Assembly (NCBI RefSeq): GCF_030144855.1 | Contig: NC_082707.1 | Location: forward strand, 155,434,001-155,498,000 | DNA from: Hypanus sabinus | Lineage: Eukaryota | Direction: 5' to 3' | DNA: 64,000 nucleotides | Shown: piece by piece, positions 13,553 through 27,250 of the stretch | How positions within the stretch are numbered: the stretch's first letter is position 1 | How the letters are laid out: every line of letters starts with the position of its first letter | Made by a program: the position numbers and the translations under genes | Notes under the pieces: generated by a model | Database searches by the model: none | Seen by the model: only the letters and a program-made list of their open reading frames with translations | What the model was told of the DNA's origin: nothing

Positions 13553-14720
13553 TTGCCCTCGTCAGCATCCAGTTCCTTTGGCTGTGGATGTGCTCTATGG
13601 GATCATAGGTAAAAATCGCTCTAACCCGCCGGGTCCCGCGTCCCAGCGATTTCTTCCCGCTCCTCAGCGTTACACGACGGCAGTCTCAAAATGAGTGCTT
13701 TGTACCCAGCTGACTGTTAAATGCGTCGGGAGGCAAGTTTTCCCTCAATTACAGCAACCCACCAAGAGCTTCGTGAAGTTGCTGTGACCATCCCGTCCCC
13801 GTTGCCCGGTGAATAGCACTCTCTGCCCAAAGCGGGGGTTTTCTCTGCGGTTCGGACAGCAGCACCTTCCCCCCCCCCCCCTCCTCCTCACTATTAGGTC
13901 CCTGTTCTTTCTCTGCAGCTCGGACAGCCGCCTCAATGTGAAGTCCCGGCGGCCAAAGGCCAGACGTTTCTGCCCGCTGTCGCTGTCGGACTGCAGACCA
14001 AGCCGAACATTCAAAAGAAGGCTCACGCCGCATCCGGGTCTTGAACCTGACGTAAAGTTACTCCGTGACTCAAAAGCGACTTTCCATCGCCCACCAGTTA
14101 TTGCATGTTTTAATGGTTTTAAAAAAAATGTTAGCCGAATATTTCTTGATCACCGGTTAAAAATTACACAAGATGGTGCTGCTCTGCCTCTGAGATGGTT
14201 GTGGTGAATGTGCGAGCGCGAGACGAGATTCACGGCGGGAACAGGCTTGGGTAAGTCACGGTCACGAAGGCGGCGTTGGCTGTGTTAGGCGCGGGGAGCA
14301 AAGTGGGGTGCGAGGTGGCCCTGTGGGGAAGAGGTTTCATCCCTGCCGGCCGTGTTTAAACTGTGTGTTAGGCTCAAAGGGCGATCTCTTTTGGTTCCCG
14401 GAGACACGAGGTAGACTGCAGATGTTTGAGGGAGAGCAAAGGACACGAAACACTGGTGTTCATTTCGAAGGGACGCTGTTGGACCCGTTGAGTTCGAACA
14501 ACAAATTGCCTCTTACTTCTTTGGTTTCTGGTCCGAGTAACAGGCTGCTGCTCTGCAGTTCAGGGTTCCGTCGTCGAAAACATAATGCCGCATCGGCGAA
14601 CCCGCTTTACGTGTAGCTGGCCCGTCCATGTGTAGTCTTAATGAAAGTTGGTCATATTTTCAGTGACCCGCTTCACATAAACCCTGAATACCTTACTTTC
14701 GGCGCCGATATATCCGTTCA
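13430..14720. promoter_or_regulatory. CpG island; bidirectional KIAA0586/TIMM9 promoter
   Basis: Strong local CpG enrichment between divergent first exons; YY1-like CAAGATGG at ~14169 and CRE-like TGACGTAA at ~14048. Confidence 0.75.
14170..14250 (+). other. TIMM9: Probable non-coding first exon of TIMM9
   Basis: Perfect GG|GTAAGT donor at 14250/14251 inside the CpG island. Start position is approximate. Confidence 0.6.
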
Positions 14721-15019
14721 TTTTCTCTAATGTCTACGTTTGTTAAAATTCTGTACTGATTTTTTTCTTTTTGAAGTTTCTATCTGCAAGTTCTCGATAG
14801 TTCAGCTTTCGTTCCCTTGCTCTTGCCTTGCCCTTCCCCTACCCCTACCAACCAGTTGTTTCCCTTTTAATCGCCCTCCATTCTGCAATAGGTGAATTGT
14901 ATCCAATTTCAGTATGTCCACTATGATGTCTAAACAAAACTAATAATTTCTCATATGTGATTTAGAACATTCCTTTCACTTTTCCTCTGCTGCATATAGC
15001 ACATCAACTAAATACTAAC

Positions 15020-15246
15020 AACACACACAAAATGCCGGTGGAACGCAGCAGGCCAGGCAGCATCTATAGGAAGAAGTACAGCCGACATTTCGGGCCGAGA
15101 CCTTTCGAGGGTCCTGACGAAGGGTCTCGGCCTGAAATGTCGGCTGTACTTCTCCCTATAGATGCTGCCTGGCCTGCTGCGTTCCACCATCATTTTGTGT
15201 GTGTTGCTTGAATTTCCAGCATCTGCAGATTTCCTGGTGTTTGCAT
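15020..15246 (+). mobile_element. Palindromic Penelope-derived short element with hammerhead core and 14-bp TSD
   Basis: TSD AACTAAATACTAAC at 15006-15019 and 15247-15260; ~90-bp inverted arms; CTGACGA (15114-15120) ... GAAA-TG-TC (15134-15141). Confidence 0.85.
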
Positions 15247-16829
15247 AACTAAATACTAACTCTTTGCACCACTTCCAATGAGATATGTATTCATCAAGGG
15301 TAATTAATACACCCCTGGTGCAAAGGATACACTGATTATTGACCCTTTATGCATATCCCTATTTCCATTTGTTATTTTGTAGAGAGATGGTAACATGCGC
15401 TTCTGGCTGAACAAGCCCATGCTCCTTAATTACACCTATATGACCAATTAACCTACTAACACATGGGTCTTTGCATTGCGGGAAGAAACCAGAATATCCA
15501 TGGGGATCAGAAGTAGTTAATGAGACCAACGTGGGAACTCTTGTGCTTTCACAAATGAGGAAAGACCTGGTTAATCAAGTGATGTACTCCAGTCTCTTCT
15601 ATGGTCCTGATGTGTAGATGGGAAGTTCTTGGTAATGCTTCTTGACTTTGAAGAGAAGGCTTGAGCTTGTCAGGAATTGGTGATGCTTTGAACAATGTTA
15701 AACCACCTTCTACAACAGATTTCACTTTGAGTATCTGATCTTGGAATTTGGACTGGTGAAGAATTTTGACACAAACCATTCACAATTCCTTTTCCCCCCA
15801 CAGATGTTGCTTGGCCTTAAGTTTCTGAAACATTTTTATTATTTCTGTTTCTACCACTTCCCCAATGGCATATTCCAGGAATCTGCTTGACTCTGCAAAA
15901 AATAACTTGCCTCTGTTACTCCTCTTTCTGAACACTTCAATCAATATTCCTTTTATACACAGGTATTCAATACTCACAAGGCAAACAAAAGAACACATGT
16001 TAGATCCCAGTGCAAATGCATCTATATTCGCACACGATCATAAGAATACTTAAATCGGGCTCCCAGAGTCCAAGATTCTCTGCATTTCACAAAGATTGGT
16101 CTCCTGCCTTAGCTGGTGGTGGTGCTAACTTTGCTTCTTTGGTTGGAGCCCTCAAAGTACACTTTTGCTGGCTGCTGTTAAAGGTTTTCACTGCTGAAGT
16201 CCCCAGAGCAGTTAACGCTGCCTCTTATCACTTGCAGAGAGGGTTAGTTTATACCTTTACTGTGAACTTCTAGGAATTTGATTTGACAAGTTGGATGGAA
16301 AGGTAGAAGGGTCACTGATAGTCACTTCAAAGGATAATGAGTCTGGTGGAAGCTTTGAATGCAAATTTCCAAATATGATAGTGGCAGGAAAGTGAAGCTC
16401 CACTGAGTTGGCTGCTCTATTATTTCTCTTTCATTGAACAGAATTCAACATTGATCATGTTAAATAGTCCATCTCTAATCAAACAGACCTACATGTGGCC
16501 AATAGCACCTATTCTTGCCATAGTACCACTAACCTGTGAACCCAGACTTAATACGTGACCTCACTATTTTTGTGGATTTGGATCGTCCACTGGTCTAAGG
16601 ACAATTATGCCAACCTTCCAATGGTTCCTAGCTCCCTGGTCTGAGGATTTGCTTGGCTACACCTAACATCTCCTTTAAACTTTCCCACTCACCTCAAACC
16701 TGTGCCCTCCAGTATTTTACATTTACACCCTGGGAAAAAAAATCATCTATGCCATCAAAATTTTGATATATTTCAATCAGATCACCCCACAGCTCCCAAT
16801 AATCAGGAATTGAAAAGTCAAGCATGGTG

Positions 16830-18237
16830 GAATTAATGTTCTGAATTGTATATTTAAATACAAGTAGAAGTGAGCATGGAGCAGCACATGGAATTAGGGG
16901 ATTGTTGCCATCAGTGAGACACCTAGTTGCAGGAAGTATAGGATTGGCAGCTCAATGTTTAGGGGTTCTGTTGTTTTAAATGTGATTGAATGCAAGGGGT
17001 AGCATTACTAGTCAGGGAGAAAATGTCAAGGCGCTGCTCAGTCAGGACAGTCTGATGGGGCTTTATAGGTACAACTGAGGAATAAGAAAGGTATGACCAT
17101 GTTAATGGGATTATATTGTAGACACTCAACGGTCTGCTGGATTTAGAGGAACGTATTTGCAGAGATCGCAGACTATTGCAAGAAACATAAGGTTGTGAAA
17201 GTAGGTGATTTTAACTTTCCACATATTGTTTGGGACTCCCACACTGCAAAAGCGCTGGGTGGAAAAAAGTTTGTCAAATGTATTCAAGAAAATTTCCCTA
17301 ATCAGTCCATTGAAGTCCAAACTAGAGAGAGAGCAATACCAGATCTATTAGAAAATAGGACAGGGAAGGTGACAAGTTGAAGGGGAACACTTTGCTTCTT
17401 GTGCTCGTGATGCCATTAGTTTCAAGGTAATTATGGAAAAGGATAGATCTGGTCCTGTAAGCTGGAGAAAGGCTAATTTTGATGGTGCCAGAAAGGTTCT
17501 GGCAAGTGTGGCTTGGGACAGGTTTTCTGGCAAAGGTGTACTTGGAAAGTGGGAGGCCTTCAAAACTGAAATTTTGAGAGTACAGAATTTATATGTTCCT
17601 GTCAGAATAAAAGACAAAGATAACAGGTTAAGGGAACCTAGATTTGCAAGAGATATTGCTTAAAAAAAAGGAGCTGCATAGCAGGTATAGGCAGGCAGGA
17701 ACAAATGAAGTGCTTGCGGAGTATAAGAAATGCAAGAGAATACTTAACAAGAAAATCAGGAAGACTAAAAGGAGATATGAGGTTGCTGTAGTAGACAAGG
17801 GGAAGGAGAATTCTTGCGTCTTCTAGATATATATTTAGAACAAGAGGATAACTGGGTCAAAATTGGTCCTCTGTAAGATCAGACTGGCAAGCTATCCATG
17901 GAGCTAAAAGAGATGGGGTAGATCTTGAATGGATTTTTTTGCATCTATTTTTACTTGGGAGATGGATACAGAGTCAATGCAGCAGCAAAGTCATTGACCC
18001 TTTATAGGTCATTGAGGAGGAAGGACTTACTGTTTGTAGGCAAACTAGGGGGAATAAATCCCTAGGGCCTGAAAATGTGCCCTCGGACCCTGTGGGAGGA
18101 TAGTGCATAAACTGAAGCAGCCCTAGCAGAGATATTTAAAGCATCCTTAACCATAGAGGATTGGAAGATAGCTAAAGTTGTTCCGTTGTTTAAGAAAGGT
18201 TCTACGAATAAGCCAGGAAATTATAGGCCAGTGAGCG
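16830..18237 (+). mobile_element. CR1 LINE (5' part; resumes ~21980-22650)
   Basis: VGDFNFPHI EN motif and FKKGSTNKPGNYRPVS RT motif; broken by an antisense CR1. Confidence 0.8.
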
Positions 18238-18250
18238 TATCTTCAGTGAC

Positions 18251-21200
18251 CATAAGACATAGGAACAAAATTAGGCCATTCAGCCTGTCGAATCTGCACC
18301 ACCATTCCATCATGGCTGATCCCGGATCCTACTCAACCCCATACACCTGCCTTCTTGCCATATCCTTTAATGCTTTGATCGATCAGAAAACAATCAACTT
18401 CTGCCTTAAATATACCCATAGACTTGGCCTCCACTGCAGTCTGTGGCAGAGCATTCCACAGATTTACTATTCTCTGGCTAAAAAAATTCTTCCTTACCTC
18501 TATTCTAAAAGGTTGCTCCTGAATTTTGAGGCTGTGCCCTGTAGTTCTAGATACCCCCACTACAGGAAACATCTCCACATCAACCATATCTAGTCCTTTC
18601 AACATTCGGTAGGTTTCAATAAGATCACCACACATTCTTCTAAATTCCAGTGAGTGCAGGCCAGAAGCTGTCAAAGGCTCCATATATGTTAACCCCTTCA
18701 CTTCCTGAATCATCCATGAACCTCCATTTGACATTCTTTGTTAACAACACATCCTTTCTGAGCTATGGGGCCCAAAATTGTTGACAGTACTCCAAGTGCG
18801 GCCTGACCAGTGTCTTATAAAGACTCAGCATTTATCTCCTTGCTTTCATATTCTATTCCCCTTGAAATAAATGCCAACATTGCATTTGCCGCCTTTACTA
18901 CAGACTCAACCTGTAAGTTAACCTTCCTGGGAGTCTTGCACAAGGACTCCTAAGTCCCTCTACATCTTTGACATTTGAACCTTCTTCCCACTTAGATAGT
19001 AGTCCACACTATTGTTCCTTTTACCAAAGTGCGTTATTGTACATTTCCTAACACGGTCTTCCAACTACCACTTTTTGCCCAATCTTCCAATTTGTCTAAG
19101 TCCTGCTGCAATCATATTGCTTCCTCAGCACTACCTACCCCTCCACCTGTCTTCATAACATCTGCAAACTTTGCCACAAAGCCATCAATTACATTATCCA
19201 ACTCATTGACAATGTGAAATGTAGCAGTCCCAATACTTACCCGTGAGGAACACCAGTAGTCACCGGCAGAAAAGGCTCTTTTTATTCCCACTCATTGCCT
19301 CCTGCCTGTCAGCCATTCCTCTATCCATGCCAGTATCTTTCCTGTAATGCCATAGGAATTTATCTTGTCAAGCAGCCGCATGTGTGGCACCTTATCAAAT
19401 GTCTTCTGAAAATCCAAGTAAATGACATCCACTACCTCTCCTTTGTCCGCCCTGCTTGTTAGTTCCTCGAAGAACTCTTAACAGATTTGCCAGGCAAGAT
19501 TTTCCATTACAGAAACCATGCTGACTTTGACTTATTTTATTATTAGTCTCCAGGTATCCCGAAACCTCATCCTTAATGATAGACTCAAACACATTCCCAA
19601 CCACTGGGGTTAGGCTAACTGGCCTATAATTTCCTTTCTTTTGCCTTCCTCCTTTCTTAAAAAGTGGAGTGACATATTTCATGCTGTAGCTTTTTTAGTT
19701 GCCTTTTGTTGAATTTTAAAAGCTTGCCAATCATCCAACTTTCCACTTGCTTTTGCTACTTTATATGCCTTCATTGGCTTTTATGCAGTCCTTCACTTCC
19801 TTTGTCAGCCACAGCTGCATACCCCTGCCATTTGAGAACCTCTTCCTCTGTGGGACATATCTATCCTTCACTTTGTGATCTATTCCCAGAAACTTCAGCC
19901 ATCTCTGCTCTGCTGTCATACCCACAATATTCTCCTCCAATCCACATAGGCAAGCTCCTCTCTCATGCCTCTATAATTCCCTTTATTCCATTGTGATACT
20001 GATACATGTGAATTCTGTTTCTCCCTCTCCAATTGCAGTATAATTCAATCATATTGTGATCATTGCCTCCTAAGGGTTCCTTTATGTTAATTTCCCTCAT
20101 AAGATCTGGGTTATTACACAACACCCAGCTTTTCTCTGAGTAGGCTCAAGCACAAGCTACTCTAAAAAGCCATCTCATAGGCATTCAACAAATTCCCTCT
20201 CTTGCGATCTGACACAAATCAGATTTTCCCAATCCCCGTGAATATTGAAGTTCCCCATTACTATTTGGAGGCTTAAAATATGATTCCCATAATGTTTTCT
20301 TTTATCCTTGCTGTTTCTTAACTCCACTTACAAAAATTCAACATTCTCTCACCCTGTCACCTCTTTCTAAAGATGTAATTCCACCTCTTACCAACAGAAC
20401 CACACCACCGCCTATGCCTTTCTGCCTGTCCTTTCAGTACAAAGTGTATCCTTTGATGTTAAGCTCCCAACTTTGGCCTTCTTTCAGCTATGACTCAGTG
20501 ATGCCCATAATGTCATACCAACCATTCTAATTGTGCCACAAGTTCATCCATCTTACTCTGAATGTTGTGTGCATTTAAATACAACACCTTCAGTCCTGCA
20601 TTCTTTGCCCTTTTGAATTTTGCCTCTGGTACAATTTAACTCTGCTGTCTCTGCATTTGTACCTAATCATTGGCTTGTCCTTCTTTTTACATTCATGTTA
20701 CACCCATCATCCACTTACAAACACACTGGTTCATCCTCAGCTCTGTCATACTGGTTCCCATCTCCCTGCCATATTAGTTTAAACAACTCCCAACAGCTCT
20801 AAAAAATCTGTTTGCAAGAATATTGGTCTCCCTCGGATGCAACTGCAACCCGTCCCTTTTATACAGGTCCCACCTGCTCCACAAGAGGTCCTAATTATCC
20901 AGAAATCTGAATCCCTGCCTCTTGCTCCAATTCCTCAGCCCCACATTTATCTGCTACTTCATTCTGTTCCTATCTTCACTGTGGCACAGACAGCAATCTC
21001 GAGATAACTACCCTTGAGGACCTGCTTCTGTTTCCTTCCTTCTTAACTCCTTGTATTCTTTTTTCAGGACCTCCTCCTTTTTTCTACCAGTCATTGGTAC
21101 CAATATGTACCACCACTTCTAGCTGCACACCTTCCCTTTTCAGGATATTGTGGACGAATCCAGAAATATCGCAAACCCTGGCACCTAGGAGGCAAACTAC

Positions 21201-21950
21201 CATCCATGTTTCCTTTTCGTATCCACTGAATCACCTATCTGTTCCCCTGACTATAGAGGACTCTGCTACTGCTGCCATCCTCTGCAGTTCCCTACCCTTG
21301 TGAGCCATAGGGCCAGACTCCGTGCCAGCGGCACAGCCGCTGCTGCTTCCCCCAGGTAGGTTGTCCTCCAACAGTCCTCAAAATGGAGTACTTATTGTTA
21401 GTGGGATGGCCACAGGGATGCTCATCACTATCTAATGTTCTCTCTTCCCTCTCTTGACAGTCACCCATCTATCTGTCTCCTGTAGCATTGGAGTGACTAC
21501 CTCCCTGTAGCTCCTGTCTATCACTGCTTCACTTCCCCAACAAGCCGAAGGTCATCGAGCTGCAGCTCCAATTCCCTAACATAGTTAATAAGGAGCTGCA
21601 TCTCGAAGCACCTGGTGCAGATGTAGCCATTGGGGAGGCTGGAAGTTTCCCGGAAATCCCACATTTGACCACCCAGGACAGAACACTGGCTCTGCAGATG
21701 TATCCCCTATTCTCTTAAGATTTAAATAAGAAATAAACTTAACCTACTTATTTTGCCTCCATCTGTTCTCACCAAAGCCTTACTACTCTGCCTCAGACTA
21801 CTCCAATGATGACTGCTACACTAGGCGGTATCTCTCTTTTATAGAGATTGGGTTTTTAAAGCTCTTTGCCTGACCTGCATGAGAAATCGTCTGTTGTCTC
21901 TGCACAGTCCTCTGATCAACAACTCCCGTTGAAAAACTTACTGCTTTTTA
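18251..21950 (-). mobile_element. Long CR1 LINE nested antisense in another CR1
   Basis: 3' motifs FFSQRIVNLWNALP (18333-18734), NYRPVSLT and SQHGF (19395-19682), EN and ORF1-like region further 5'. Confidence 0.85.
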
Positions 21951-21979
21951 AAGCTCTTTGCTGGATATGCACAGGAATG

Positions 21980-23260
21980 CTTATGTTGTGTCTGCACAGA
22001 GTGATGTGGGATTACAGAACCATAATTCCTTGATAGTGGCATCACAAGTAGATAGGGTCATAAATAAAGCTTTAGGAACATTGGCCTTCATAATTCAATT
22101 TATTGAGTACAGGAGTTGGGATGTTATGTTGAAATTGTAGAAGACATTGCTGAGTACCAAATTGGAGTATTGTGTCAAGTTCTGGTCATCTACCTACAGG
22201 AAATAAGATTGAAAGAGTAGAGAAAATTTACAGGCATGTTGTTGGGATTTGAAGACCTGAGTTATAGGGAAAGGTTGAATAGTTTAGGACTTTATTCCTA
22301 GAATGTAGAAGATTGAAAGGTGATTTGATACAGGGATACAAAATTGAGTGTAGATATGGTATGTGTGTGTAGGCTTTTTCTACTGAGGTTGGGTGAGACT
22401 AGAACTAGAGGTCATGGGTTAAGGTTGAAAGATGAAATGTTTAAAGGGAACATGAGGGGAAACTTCTTCACCCTCAGATGGTGGCAAAAATGTGGAACAA
22501 GCTGCCAGCATAAGTGGTGGATGCAGAGTCAATTTCAACATTTAAGAGAAATTTAATAGGTACATGGCTGTGAGGAGTATGGAGGGCTATGGTCCAGGTG
22601 CAGGTAGACGGGACCAGGCAGATTAATAGTTTGGCACAGACTACTGTTTCTTTGTAGTTTTCCATGACTATATAACACTCCACAGAAAACAATCTCTCCT
22701 TTTGATTAATACTCTCTAATCCAGGCAACATCTTGGTTAACTACTTCTGCATCCTCTCTAAAGCCTCCACATCCTTCCTATAGTGTAGTGACCAGAAATG
22801 CACACAGTATATCGTGTGAGGCATAACTAAAGTTTTATACAGCTGCAACAGGATTTCCCACCTTTTATATTCAATGCCTCAAATGATGAAGGAAAACATG
22901 TCTTAGGTCTTTACCATCTTATCCATGTGTTGCAATTTTTAAAATCACCTCTGCACCTCCAGATCCCTCTGTACATCAAGTTACATAAGCCATTTACACT
23001 ATACTTAGCCTCTTGCATTTTACCTACCAAAATACATCTCACTGATCCAGATTAAACTTCATCTGCCACTTCTCCACCTAATATCCTCACTATCCACAAT
23101 CAATCTTTGTCATCTGCAAATTTAATAACCTAATCACCTACATTTACTTCCAAGTCATTAAAAATTAGAGCTCCCAGCACTGAACTTTGCAGAACACCAC
23201 TGGTCACAGATCTCCAGTCATAAAAATATCCCTCTACCACTACCCTGTATCTTCATGACA
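21980..23260. mobile_element. CR1 3' fragments (+ ~21980-22650; - ~22680-23260)
   Basis: YRSWDVMLKL and TRGHGLRL motifs on +; MLPGLES motif on -. Confidence 0.75.
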
Positions 23261-24620
23261 AATCCATTCTTTTAGAATAAAAATTATTTAAATTATATAC
23301 CGTACTTTTGTTACAAAATAAGCAGATTTAAAAGGTGTAAAAATGTTGCTTCGCTTAATGAACATAGTGAACTTGTTTAAATGAGTGTGACAAAGTATGA
23401 AGTTAGGTGTTCTTTATTTTACTGTCTGTATTCCAGTGAGTAGGTATTGAAGGCAATAGGTACTGCAAAAAAGTACTTATTTTTACCTAATACAGTATGC
23501 ATGACTGAAAATAGCAGTGTGCTGACAATATTTTGCCTTAGTGGTATTTAGATTGTCAATCTTGTCATCATACAGAACAAAGTTGTGTCTCACTTAACTG
23601 CCAAATTTATTTTTAAAAAGTATTCTCTTCACAAAAGTTGCCTGTATGATTTATTTTCCATTTTAGTTCTTCTTTCTTACTCATACTTTTAGCCATTGAT
23701 ATTGTTCCAAAGGTTCTAAGTAATTTCATCCATAGTTTCTAGCAAATTTCCACATTAATGCTGTGATTAAAGGGAACAGGTTGCTATATAAAGCGGGGGA
23801 AACCCTCTCAAAAGACCAATTGCTATTACATACAAAAGGTTTTCAAATTCTTTTCAGCATCACAGCCTACTTTATTCTTTCATACTTTCTCTTCCCCTTT
23901 ATTGTCAGTTTGACAATAATTTTTTCCAGTTTTGCTTCACTCTTGTGGATATCCCCACCATTTAACCATTTCAGTTTATTTTTCCATTTGTCTTCCTCCC
24001 ACCCACCCCTAATTTTAATGTTCTGTACCTTTATTAAAATGAGGTCTGTTTCTGACATTTTAAAGATTTTGTGGCAGGATCTTTCTAGATTTCTGACTCT
24101 AATTTATCCACGGATGCTACTTTACTGAGATTTTTTCTTTAAATTCTCAGATTATAAGCATTTTTGTGATTTTGCTTGTTTACTTGTTAGGTACTATAAC
24201 ATTAGTGAGAATATACCTAAACTCTAGTTAGCCTCCTGAATTGCTTTTGTGATAATGATTAGATTTTAAAAACTGATACATGACTAATCTTTTGGTATTC
24301 GACCCAAGGAGAGAATTTGAATAGCCAGAGATTGTTTGTTCTGAAGGAAGTATCAAAGAAGTCTTTTAAAACAGTATCTGAAAGACTTCCATGACCCCTT
24401 CACCTTTGGATTCTAAAGAAAAGGGATTCAGTCGCATTTCTTTTTCCATGTGATTTAACCTCTATTTTGGTAACCTTTCAATATCATCAGTTATTTAAAT
24501 GACATAATTGGTTTTCCAAGGCAATACATAGATTTAAGATCTTTCTCTTTCCAATTATATATTGAATTGTTGTTTTGGTGCCAGATGCAGTAACATTTCC
24601 CAAGACCTGAAAACATTGTA

Positions 24621-24659
24621 ATGGCAGCACAAATATCAGAAACAGACCAGATAAAACAG
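24621..24659 (+). CDS. TIMM9: TIMM9 coding exon 1
   Basis: MAAQISETDQIKQ followed by a GT donor; matches human MAAQIPESDQIKQ. Confidence 0.97.
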
Positions 24660-24767
24660 GTAATTTTCATCCAATGTTTGCTTATTACTGAAAGTTAATT
24701 GATGTAGTTGTGAGTTTCCAATGGAGGCAATATGGGATTTAATATTTTTTCTCTCTTCTATGTACAG

Positions 24768-24863
24768 TTTAAAGAATTCCTGGGTACATACAACAAACTT
24801 ACAGAGCACTGTTTTATGGACTGTGTAAAGGATTTTACAACCAGGGATGTGAAAACAGAAGAG
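24768..24863 (+). CDS. TIMM9: TIMM9 coding exon 2
   Basis: [32 protein letters not shown] with the first CX3C motif; AG/GT boundaries. Confidence 0.98.
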
Positions 24864-25649
24864 GTACATCCGGTATTGATCTATTACTTGAGTGATTTAA
24901 GTTAACCCAATTTAAATTACTTTAGATATTCAAGCGAAATGTTATGAAATCGCTTAGGTATATCTGCCTTGTTTTGGTTTGAACTTGCACAAATGTGAAG
25001 CAGTCCAATGATCTCGCCTTGCCAGTCTTGGTAAGAAACTATTTATTTTAAACATTAAGCCATCCAATTTAAGTGGATTAATTTTGTGGGATTTTTAAAA
25101 ATACCTTTTCAAAGTAATTCAAATGTATTATCACCATGAGGTTACCACCGGACAGATGTTAAAATCCCATTTGTGTATTCAGTTTTGTTCTTTGTGAAAG
25201 GATGTCTACCATTCTTACCTAATTTATCTATTTTGTGACCAGACCCAGAATAATTTGATTCCAGCAATTGTCTAAAATACTTTATCAAGCTATTCATTTC
25301 ATTTGCACTGATTGGCCAACAACACCCGCCTTTATGTACAAATTTAAATAAAGCACAAGTTGGACCACATTAAGTGGAGTTTAGATGAACATGTTAATGT
25401 GGAATATAATGAAGAAAGCTGGAATTGTCTAATCTCTAACAAAGGCAATGTCTGTGTCAGATGATGGTGAAGAAAAAGCATTTCAGGATGTATATTGTAT
25501 ACATTTCTCTGACATTAATTGAATCTTTGAACCTTTAAAAAACTTTCTTCTCCCATACATCTGGGAGGAGGATCAATAGAATTTAAACAGCACTAGCTCA
25601 ATGGAAAAAGTAGAACAAATTCAATCTAATACTTTAAGTCATCAGTAAG

Positions 25650-26975
25650 ATATAGAAACATAGAAAACCTACAGCACTATACAGGCCCTTCGGCCCACAA
25701 AGCAGTGCCAAACACGTCCTTACCTTAGAAATTACTTGGGGTTACTCATAGCCCTCTATTTTTCTAAGCTCCATGTACCTATCCAGGAGTCTCTTAAAAT
25801 ACCCTATAGTATCCGCCTCCACCACTGTTGTTGGCAGCCCATTGCACAAACTCACCACTCTCTGCATCAAAAAACTTACCCGACATCTCTGTACCTACTT
25901 CCAAGCTCCTTAAAACTGTGCCATCCCGTGCTAGCCGTTTCAGTCCTAGAAAAAAGCCTCTAACTATCCACACGATCACTGCTTCTTATCATCTTATACA
26001 CCTCTATCAGGTCACTTGTCATCCTCCGTCACTCCAAGGAGAAAAGGCCAAGTTCAGTCAACCTGTTCTCATAAGGCATCCTCCCCAATCCAGGTAACAT
26101 CCTTGTAAATCTCCTCTGCACCCTTTCTATGATTTCCACATCTTTCCTGTAGTGAGGCAACCAGAACTGAGCGCAGTACTCCAAGTGGGGTCTGACCAGG
26201 GTCTTATTTAGCTGCAACATTACCTCTCTGCTCCTAAATTCAATCCCACAATTGATGAAAGCCAATGCACTGTATGCCCTCTTAACCACAGAGTCAACCT
26301 ATGCAGCAGCTTTGAGTGTCCTCCGAATTCAAACCCCAAGATCCCTCTGGTCCTCCACACTGCCAAGAGTCTTACAATTAATACTATATTCTGCCATTAT
26401 ATTTAATCTACTAAAATGAACCACTTCACACTTAACTGGGTTTAACTCCATCTGCCACTTCTCAGGCCAGTTTTGCATCCTATCAGTAGCCTGCTGTAAC
26501 TTCTGACAACCCTCCACACTATCCACAACACCCCCAACCTTTATGTCGACAGCAAATTTACTAATCCATCCGGGTCATTTATAAAAATCACGAAGAGTAA
26601 GGGTCCCAGAACAGATCCCTGAGGCACACCACTGGTCACTGACCTCCATGCAGAATATGACCCATCTACAACCACTCTTTGCCTTCTGTGAGCAAGCCAG
26701 TTCTGGATCCACAAAACAATGTCCCCTTGGATCCCATGCCTCCTTACTTTCTCAATAAGCCTTGCATGGGGTACTTTGACAATTGTCTTGCTAAAATCCA
26801 TACACACTACATCTATGGCTCTACCTTCATCAATGTGCTTAGACACATCCTCAAAAAATTCAATCCGACTCGTAAGGCATGACCTGCCTTTTACAGAAAC
26901 ATGCTGACTATTCCTATTCATATTATGCCTCTCCAAATGTTCGTAAATCCTGCCTCTCAGGATCTTCTCCATCAA
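25650..26975 (-). mobile_element. CR1 LINE 3' half in the last TIMM9 intron
   Basis: [20 protein letters not shown] and LVRPHLEYCAQFW motifs. Confidence 0.9.
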
Positions 26976-27112
26976 AATAGGGAAAATTTGCAAAAATTGT
27001 TCTGAAGATTTGTGCATATTTTACTTTTACTCTAAAATATATACTGTAGAAAGTTTGAGAATATGATAACTTCATTTTTGTGAGCAATATTTGATTTTTA
27101 TTTTAAATGCAG

Positions 27113-27250
27113 GTAACTTGTTCAGAACACTGCCTTCAAAAATATTTGAAGATGACCCAAAGAATATCGATGCGCTTTCAAGAATATCATATTCAACAAA
27201 ATGAAGCATTAGCAGCAAAAGCTGGACTGATTAGCCATCCTCGTGTATAA
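27113..27250 (+). CDS. TIMM9: TIMM9 last coding exon
   Basis: [45 protein letters not shown] with the second CX3C motif; total protein 90 aa. Confidence 0.98.
   Translation, partial: VTCSEHCLQKYLKMTQRISMRFQEYHIQQNEALAAKAGLISHPRV

Noticed and set aside
13745-14616. Several 90-130 aa ORFs in the CpG island
   Set aside because: Expected by chance in GC-rich sequence; no recognisable homology.
27108-27120. TIMM9 acceptor CAG|GTAACT resembles a recursive splice site (also at TOMM20L exon 4)
   Set aside because: Explained by Val/Gly codons; the introns are short and there is no independent support.
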